Shown here: one piece after another, positions 58,208-64,000 of the stretch
How positions within the stretch are numbered: position 1 is the stretch's first letter
Layout: each line of letters starts with the position of its first letter
IMG/VR virus record: IMGVR_UViG_2627854090_000004
Span: 5,758 to 69,757 of that record
DNA from: a virus
Taxonomy: Duplodnaviria > Caudoviricetes
Strand: one strand, 5' to 3'
Length of the DNA stretch: 64,000 nt
Made by a program: the position numbers and the translations under genes
Notes under the pieces: generated by a model
Database searches by the model: none
What the model saw: the letters and a program-made list of their open reading frames with translations, nothing else
Told to the model about the DNA's origin: nothing

Positions 58208-58351
58208 TTACTCCCTAGATATGTCATTACTATCTCCTTTCATTTTCTCAACTATAAGCTTGTCTAGCTTTTGGCTTATTTCTAAAGTTCTGTTATCAAG
58301 TGGACCATATAATTTAACATACTGATTTAGCTTTTTCCTTAGTTTTTCTAT
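58208..58351 (-). CDS. Spo0E-like small protein (ATA start)
   Basis: IEKLRKKLN...L..SQKLDKLI; GAGGAGG RBS. Confidence 0.6.
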   Translation of the reverse strand: MEKLRKKLNQYVKLYGPLDNRTLEISQKLDKLIVEKMKGDSNDISRE

Positions 58352-58761
58352 TTTTCTCCCTCCTCTATGAACCACTTGCCATACAAAATTTCTTGAACTG
58401 AAATAGAATTACCATGAGTATCTACAAGCCTATCTCCATACATCGAAGAAGGATCATAATGATATTTCTGACCCTCACAATCACAGTAAATTACCTTTCC
58501 TTCATCAAATGCTTTAAGTGCTTCCATCTTATCTACAGGCTCATTTACCAATGTAAATTTACTGTTCAAATTAAATCGTGATAACGTGGATATTCCTAAC
58601 CTATCTACTACATATCCATCTGGGTCCAAATGAATAATAGTGCCATAATCAACCTTGTATGCATTTCCTCCTATAAACCTAAACTGCAAATTTGGATTTC
58701 TTCCAAGCTTATCTATTACCTGACCTAATGTGTATTCAGCCATACCTCTTCCTCCTATCAA
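58348..58761 (-). CDS. Phage hypothetical protein
   Basis: EPV..MEA.KAF..GK.I.C, EIL.GKW.I. Confidence 0.65.
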   Translation of the reverse strand: MIGGRGMAEYTLGQVIDKLGRNPNLQFRFIGGNAYKVDYGTIIHLDPDGYVVDRLGISTLSRFNLNSKFTLVNEPVDKMEALKAFDEGKVIYCDCEGQKYHYDPSSMYGDRLVDTHGNSISVQEILYGKWFIEEGEK

Positions 58762-58905
58762 AATAGTCTCTCTATTTCGTCATACTTATCGTTCAACAAA
58801 AATAAATTAAATGCTGTTCCATGCTCCTTTTCAAACTTGTATGCTCCCCGTACTGCTTCCTCGTGATTATCTGCATCAAAGATTTCCATTTCTTCATCTT
58901 CAAAT

Positions 58906-59097
58906 TCAGCTTTGTATAGCACTCTTTTTCCTCCTCTCAATTTCTTTTTCTACTACAGCAATCTTACTTTTGACCTTTTCTCCTCTCTTAAGTTCTATTC
59001 CAAGAGAAACTTTGGCCATGGTTAAATCAAAAAGTTTGGCTTTCTTTAATCCAGTTTTAAATTCTTTACTATTCAGTGCTTCTTTACTCCAACTCAT
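58906..59097 (-). CDS. Small phage protein
   Basis: Coupled ORF. Confidence 0.5.
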   Translation of the reverse strand: MSWSKEALNSKEFKTGLKKAKLFDLTMAKVSLGIELKRGEKVKSKIAVVEKEIERRKKSAIQS

Positions 59098-59291
59098 TCA
59101 CTCACCCTCCCTATACACTTACACCACTCAGGTATTACCCAAGAGTCATGGCAATCTGCTACAAAATCATTTTCAGGTACAACCATGTGTCCATTCATCT
59201 TCTTAGCTTGATCTGGCAACGTACCAGTTAATTTTTTATATCTCTTAGAGGTAAATACATATTTAAGTCCTTTTCTGAATCTTTTGCCCAT
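59094..59291 (-). CDS. Small phage protein
   Basis: ATG 59291 with GGAGG RBS. Confidence 0.5.
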   Translation of the reverse strand: MGKRFRKGLKYVFTSKRYKKLTGTLPDQAKKMNGHMVVPENDFVADCHDSWVIPEWCKCIGRVSE

Positions 59292-59302
59292 CCTCACTCC
59301 TC

Positions 59303-59563
59303 CTATAAAATTCTCTTTTCTTCTGAAACTTTTTCCAACCATAGATCTAGTTTCTTTTTATTTATCAAAAATTTATTACCATTTCTAAAGCAAGGGAAAT
59401 CAGAATTTTCAGCATGCACAAGTTCCATAAGTTTATCTCTTCCTATACCTGAATACTCTTTGCATTCATCTATTGTCATTGTTGGTTTATTAATTTCTTT
59501 TAAAGCTTCTTGTATTGCATCCCTAATTATAGTTTTAAAGCTCTCATTCGCCTTTACTTCCAT
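59303..59563 (-). CDS. xis: Excisionase-like HTH protein
   Basis: TMTIDEC..Y.GIGRDKL.EL, FP....GNK.LI. Confidence 0.85.
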   Translation of the reverse strand: MEVKANESFKTIIRDAIQEALKEINKPTMTIDECKEYSGIGRDKLMELVHAENSDFPCFRNGNKFLINKKKLDLWLEKVSEEKRIL

Positions 59564-59580
59564 AAATAAATACCTCCTAT

Positions 59581-60060
59581 CTATTTAAGATTTTTCTGAA
59601 TACAAAGTTTTAATTCCTGAGAGTTTATAGATATTTCATCCAAAGTTTTTATTATGGACTTCAATTTAGGCTTTTCATCTTCGGTAATAACTCCATCAGA
59701 TGTTATGTCTAGTAAATCTCTCCTAACATCATCAATATTTTTTAATGAAGCCAATACTTGGATAGTTGCTCTATCAATTCCCAATACTTTAAGTTGAGGT
59801 ACTGTATACTTTCCTATAGGACACTGCTCACAGCAAAAATAATTTTCTAATTCAGGAGAATTATATATATCAGCCATCATCAATACTTCTTCTGGATATG
59901 CACAAATACTATCAAGTTCTATACGTGCAAGCCTTGTCCTGTCTATTCCAATTATTTCAGCAGCACCTTCTCTACTATTGAGTTTGTCATTTGTGGCTGC
60001 TGCCTCAATTCGTGCCTTATAATATATATTGTCTGCTGCTTTCGTAGCTTTTCTTGCCAT
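59581..60060 (-). CDS. XRE/CII-like regulator
   Basis: SRE.AAE..GI....LARIE, P.EV..MA..Y..PEL, DG.I..DE. Confidence 0.75.
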   Translation of the reverse strand: MARKATKAADNIYYKARIEAAATNDKLNSREGAAEIIGIDRTRLARIELDSICAYPEEVLMMADIYNSPELENYFCCEQCPIGKYTVPQLKVLGIDRATIQVLASLKNIDDVRRDLLDITSDGVITEDEKPKLKSIIKTLDEISINSQELKLCIQKNLK

Positions 60061-60100
60061 TTATTTCACCTCTTTTTACCTGTAAAATTAAATTATGGGA

Positions 60101-60358
60101 TCACACTACCTCCTCTGTTTCTTGTGTTTCTTTGTTTAAGCTATTATCGAATATTTTATTCGAATGATTGTTAAAAAAAATTTCATCAACGGTTGCTCCA
60201 AGCTGATCTGATATTTTCTTGGCAAGTTTAAATCCTGGTGTAACTTTGCCTCTTTCTATTGATGACAAATAATCATTAGTTATTCCAAGCATTTGAGATA
60301 ACTTTATCTGAGTTAATCCTTTTTGTTTTCTGAGTATTTTTAAATTATTTTTACTCAA
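60101..60358 (-). CDS. cro: Cro-like XRE regulator
   Basis: LK.LRK.KGLTQ..L...LGI...Y.S.IERG; TTG start after GGGAGG. Confidence 0.88.
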   Translation of the reverse strand: MSKNNLKILRKQKGLTQIKLSQMLGITNDYLSSIERGKVTPGFKLAKKISDQLGATVDEIFFNNHSNKIFDNSLNKETQETEEVV

Positions 60359-60481
60359 AGCATTATGCCTCCCTTCTCGAATGTTTTGTTCTATGTATAA
60401 TATATCGAATAATTTATTCATTGTCAATACTTTTTAGAATAAATTATTCGAAAAAATAATTTAATTCGAACAATATGTTAT
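60148..60481. promoter_or_regulatory. Five 15-bp operators (CGAATA-N3-TATTCG consensus) and divergent promoters
   Basis: Sites at 60148, 60378, 60406, 60436, 60467; minus-strand TTGACA-17-TATATT at 60427-60399. Confidence 0.75.
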
Positions 60482-60494
60482 AATTTTTCTAGGA

Positions 60495-60911
60495 GTGATG
60501 AATATGTTATTCGGAGATAGACTTAGGTATCTAAGAGAAGAAAAAGGTGTAACGCAAAAAGAGTTGGGAAATTTTATAAATGTTTCAGATAGAGTAGTCG
60601 GATACTATGAATCAAATGACAGATTTCCTAAAGACGAAAAAACTCTAAAAAAAATAGCTGATTATTTTAATGTTTCTATAGATTATTTGCTTGGAAGAAC
60701 TGACAATAAAACGAATCAAAATTCTGACATAGATAAAGACGATTTTGAATTCAAAACTCCACAGGAAGCTATGAAATTCATACTAAATCAACCTGCAATT
60801 GCTGGATATGGTGGCTTTGAGCCTAACAAAATGAGTGATTCAGAAATTATGGAATTCGCTAACGAATTATTACATCAATTAAAACTATTAGGATATAAAT
60901 ATAAAAAATAA
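60495..60911 (+). CDS. cI-like (ImmR-type) repressor
   Basis: XRE HTH, divergent from cro, upstream of ImmA. Confidence 0.9.
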   Translation: MMNMLFGDRLRYLREEKGVTQKELGNFINVSDRVVGYYESNDRFPKDEKTLKKIADYFNVSIDYLLGRTDNKTNQNSDIDKDDFEFKTPQEAMKFILNQPAIAGYGGFEPNKMSDSEIMEFANELLHQLKLLGYKYKK

Positions 60912-60919
60912 GAACTACT

Positions 60920-61375
60920 TTGGGGGATGAAGCCTATATGGAATGGATTGATAACATAATAGCTGGATTGCTTGAAACATATGAAACAAATGATCCTTAT
61001 GAACTTTGTGACTATTTAAGAATAAAAATTATAAAACTTGAACCAAATAATATACTTTTAAGAGATAAGGATGCATTTTACTGTAGAGATTTAGAAAATA
61101 ATGAAGTAATATTTATAAAGAATAACCTAGATAAAATATTAGAAAAGTTTATTTTATTGCATGAATTAGGACATGCTTTATGTAATCCTGACTTATTATC
61201 TGCTGCATTTACTTTTTGCAATAAAGGTAAAACAGAAAAACAAGCTAATTATTTTGCTCTTAAATTATCAGGAGCAATGTTTGACGAAACTGAATTACAG
61301 GGTATGACATTAAAACAAATATCAGCCTATACAGGAATACCCTATAAAGCTTTAATGCAATTATTTTTGAATTAA
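60920..61375 (+). CDS. ImmA/IrrE family metalloprotease
   Basis: T.DP.EL, HELGH, E.QANYFA. Confidence 0.9.
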   Translation: MGDEAYMEWIDNIIAGLLETYETNDPYELCDYLRIKIIKLEPNNILLRDKDAFYCRDLENNEVIFIKNNLDKILEKFILLHELGHALCNPDLLSAAFTFCNKGKTEKQANYFALKLSGAMFDETELQGMTLKQISAYTGIPYKALMQLFLN

Positions 61376-61478
61376 ACTGTACAAGCTTAATAAATAAAAT
61401 TAATAAAAAATACACTTTGGTATTCTTATTAATTAGTCTATAATTAAATATATAAATAATAAGGTTGAGGTGTTTGTT

Positions 61479-61628
61479 ATGTTTAAGTTTAAAAAATTAA
61501 TTATTGACATAAGAAAACAGCAACAAAAAACTATGGACGATCTTGATAAGAAAACCACTGCATTTAATAAGGAGTGGGAAAAATGGGGAAACAAGAACAA
61601 TGCGAAAATGGCGAAGAAATTACCTTAA
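61479..61628 (+). CDS. Small 49-aa ORF overlapping start of next gene
   Basis: GAGGTG RBS, ATG 61479. Confidence 0.4.
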   Translation: MFKFKKLIIDIRKQQQKTMDDLDKKTTAFNKEWEKWGNKNNAKMAKKLP

Positions 61629-62386
61629 TAGATTTTTTATATAAGGATACAAATCTAATAAATTCATTTTACTCTCAAATCTTTGGTGGTGACTTAACTG
61701 CCGTTAGTAAATCTGAAATAAGTGCTGAAGAAAGTTCTAATAATATGAAAGGAAGTATTAAAATTGTTAGCAGTTCAGTATCTTCCAAACATTCAGACGG
61801 TCAAAATATCACTAGAAATATAAATCCATATGATTATAAAGTACTTGAGCTACTTGAACAATTTAACTTAACTATTAATTCATTAAGCAATGCTCATGAA
61901 GGTTCTATTATTACAACTAAAGGCAAACTAACTTATCGCAATTATAATATTATAGATCAAATATTCCCATTTATTGAAAAGAACAAATTAGTTCCTGAAT
62001 TTAATACACCAATAGATCCAAATGCACGTGGGAAAAATAGAAATAATACTTTAGGCAAAGCTATGCAAGATATAATAAAAATGATTCCTTATGGATTAGA
62101 ATTTTCAGTAGAGACAACTACAGATGAAACTGCTACTTGTATTATAAATAAAGAACATCTAACAATATCTCCTGATGATTTATTAAGATCGTACGGAAAT
62201 ATTATACCAAGTATTTGGACCGTGATTGGAATACTTGATGTTACTAAGCTTAATACTGAAAATAATATGACAGAAGAATTTAAAAGCATTATTGATGCTA
62301 CTAACTCTGTATTCGCTTCAATGGTATTAAAAGATAATACAAATGTAATACGCCCTATTGCTATATATAGGAAACTATCAGTATAA
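61574..62386 (+). CDS. Uncharacterised moron (DUF6414-like)
   Basis: DFLY.D...I.S.YSQI..G N-terminus; W...G.LD; IRPIAIYR. Confidence 0.65.
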   Translation: MGKMGKQEQCENGEEITLIDFLYKDTNLINSFYSQIFGGDLTAVSKSEISAEESSNNMKGSIKIVSSSVSSKHSDGQNITRNINPYDYKVLELLEQFNLTINSLSNAHEGSIITTKGKLTYRNYNIIDQIFPFIEKNKLVPEFNTPIDPNARGKNRNNTLGKAMQDIIKMIPYGLEFSVETTTDETATCIINKEHLTISPDDLLRSYGNIIPSIWTVIGILDVTKLNTENNMTEEFKSIIDATNSVFASMVLKDNTNVIRPIAIYRKLSV

Positions 62387-62424
62387 ATTTACCAAATACA
62401 GATTATACTAAACTATAGGAAGGA

Positions 62425-62733
62425 ATGATATTGATGGATAAAGATACTTTATCTGCTATAAAACAATTATTAAAAGATGAGCTATGTCCAATCAAATCTC
62501 AACTTAACGAGAATACTCAAATACTTAAAGCACTAGAACATAGTTCACAGATACATAAAGCTGACGTTGACAATTTAACTCACCAAGTCGCAGAGATTCA
62601 AGGTACAGTTAAAAATATGTCTGATAAAATGGATAAAAATTTCTCTGACTTAAATGAGACAAATAAATCCCTGCTTGAAATGTATGGTACTCATGAAGCA
62701 GAAATAAGAACTTTAAGACGTAAACCAGTTTAA
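62425..62733 (+). CDS. Coiled-coil hypothetical protein
   Basis: ENTQILKALEH motif. Confidence 0.65.
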   Translation: MILMDKDTLSAIKQLLKDELCPIKSQLNENTQILKALEHSSQIHKADVDNLTHQVAEIQGTVKNMSDKMDKNFSDLNETNKSLLEMYGTHEAEIRTLRRKPV

Positions 62734-62792
62734 AAAACATTTATAATAAAAATTAATTAGGAGTATATCTCCTATATTTTTTAATCTTATAG

Positions 62793-62806
62793 CGAACGTA
62801 AGTTTG
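62793..62806. promoter_or_regulatory. LexA/DinR box-like site upstream of integrase
   Basis: CGAACGTAAGTTTG. Confidence 0.55.
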
Positions 62807-62824
62807 TATTGAGGAGGTATTAAA

Positions 62825-64000
62825 ATGGCAAGAAAAACTAACTTTGAAGTTAACGGTTCTCAGTATTATAGAATTACAGCTGTAATTGGTCGCAACAGTA
62901 AAGGCTCATTAATAAGAAAACAATTTTATGGAAAAACCAAAAAAGAAGCTGAAGATAAGAAAAATGAATACTTAAATGGTGTAAAAAGTGGTCTAAAGTT
63001 AGATTCTCAAAATATAACCCTAGGTGAATTAGTGCACTTGTGGTTATTTGAAGTAATTAAATTAAAAATAAAAGCTTCTTCATTTGAAAAATATGAAGGC
63101 ATATATAGAAATTATATTAAAGATAGTGCCATTGGAATATTAAAAATATGTGATTTAAAGAGTATACAAATTCAAAAATATTACAACAAATTACATGAAA
63201 ATAATAAAAGCAGTAATGTAATAAAAAACTTAAATAAATTGTTAAAACAATTTTTAAACTATGCAGTAGATGAAGGTTACATTATAAAAAATCCTTGCTG
63301 GGGTAATAAAATAGTTATACCAGAACAAAATATTGCTAAAAAAGATGAAATAAAAATATTTACAGACGGAGAAATTTCTCAATTAGAAAAAGTTATAAGA
63401 ACTAGTCGATTAAAATGCTTGATATTAACAGCATTAACTACAGGGTTAAGACAAGGCGAGCTTCTAGCTCTTACATGGGATGATATAGATTTGGATAAAG
63501 GTGAAATAAGTGTTAATAAATCTATAAAAAGAGTAAACATCATAAAATCTGATAATTCAAAAGAAAACAAAATATTGATTCAACCACCAAAAACTATAAA
63601 TAGTAATAGAGTTGTTCCTATTCCATCAGAATTAATCCCAATTTTAAAACAACATCATTTGAAACAGAAATTAGAAAAAATTAAAGCTGGTGAAGAATAT
63701 GAAGATAAAAATCTTGTTTTTCCTACCGCACTTGGAAAACCTATGGATGCCAAAAACTTATTTAGAAGCTATAAAAACTTATTAATAAAAGCAGGTATAG
63801 AACATAAAAAATTTCATTGCTTAAGACATACCTATGCTTCAAAATTATTTGCAAACAATATTCCACTTAAAACTGTACAAGTTTTGTTAGGTCACAGCAA
63901 TATAAAAACAACTGCAGATATCTATACTCATGTAATGCCTAAGCAAAAAATTGATGCTGCAGAAAAATTAAATTCTATATTAAGACTTAAAAGTAATTAA
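62825..64000 (+). CDS. int: Tyrosine recombinase / phage integrase
   Basis: TGLRQGE, HCLRHTYA, LGHS, Y catalytic motifs; N-terminal arm-binding region. Confidence 0.96.
   Translation: MARKTNFEVNGSQYYRITAVIGRNSKGSLIRKQFYGKTKKEAEDKKNEYLNGVKSGLKLDSQNITLGELVHLWLFEVIKLKIKASSFEKYEGIYRNYIKDSAIGILKICDLKSIQIQKYYNKLHENNKSSNVIKNLNKLLKQFLNYAVDEGYIIKNPCWGNKIVIPEQNIAKKDEIKIFTDGEISQLEKVIRTSRLKCLILTALTTGLRQGELLALTWDDIDLDKGEISVNKSIKRVNIIKSDNSKENKILIQPPKTINSNRVVPIPSELIPILKQHHLKQKLEKIKAGEEYEDKNLVFPTALGKPMDAKNLFRSYKNLLIKAGIEHKKFHCLRHTYASKLFANNIPLKTVQVLLGHSNIKTTADIYTHVMPKQKIDAAEKLNSILRLKSN

Larger units (their letters stand above)
7672..64000. mobile_element. Near-complete temperate siphovirus-like prophage (other att expected just past 64000)
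   Basis: Full module order from integrase to lysis; no tail sheath recognised. Confidence 0.92.

Noticed and set aside
1-64000. CRISPR array, DGR or retron
   Set aside because: No regularly spaced 28-37 bp repeats, no reverse transcriptase ORF and no adenine-specific TR/VR pair found by eye

Overview
Low-GC, Clostridium-like DNA (taxon inferred from gene content) holding two related prophages integrated in tandem at the same tRNA 3' end. (1) About 0.97-7.57 kb is a decayed prophage remnant: lysis module, frameshifted tail-fibre genes and a 5'-truncated integrase with a premature stop. It is followed by a 32-bp tRNA 3'-end att core at 7672-7703. (2) About 7.7-64.0 kb is a near-complete temperate siphovirus-like prophage, mostly on the minus strand: integrase, ImmA/cI/Cro switch with five operators, replication, late activator, packaging/head, tail and lysis genes. 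Its accessory cargo includes a putAbiC gene, an uncharacterised two-gene cassette with a predicted antisense RNA, an orphan Dam-like methylase with an SOS box, and a secreted toxin/immunity pair. It also carries a second repressor/antirepressor switch with a sar-like antisense RNA inside the tail operon, and an orphan ParA + unknown + HEPN-like three-gene cassette inserted between the late activator and its promoter, which is the best candidate for an undescribed defence system. Other signals are a UCC_UUU_CGU +1 frameshift in the tail chaperone, an unannotated Spo0E-like ORF, shared sigma-H-type promoters on the morons, and several small non-coding transcription units sharing an anti-SD motif. 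All family assignments come from motif recognition by eye; no database searches were run.
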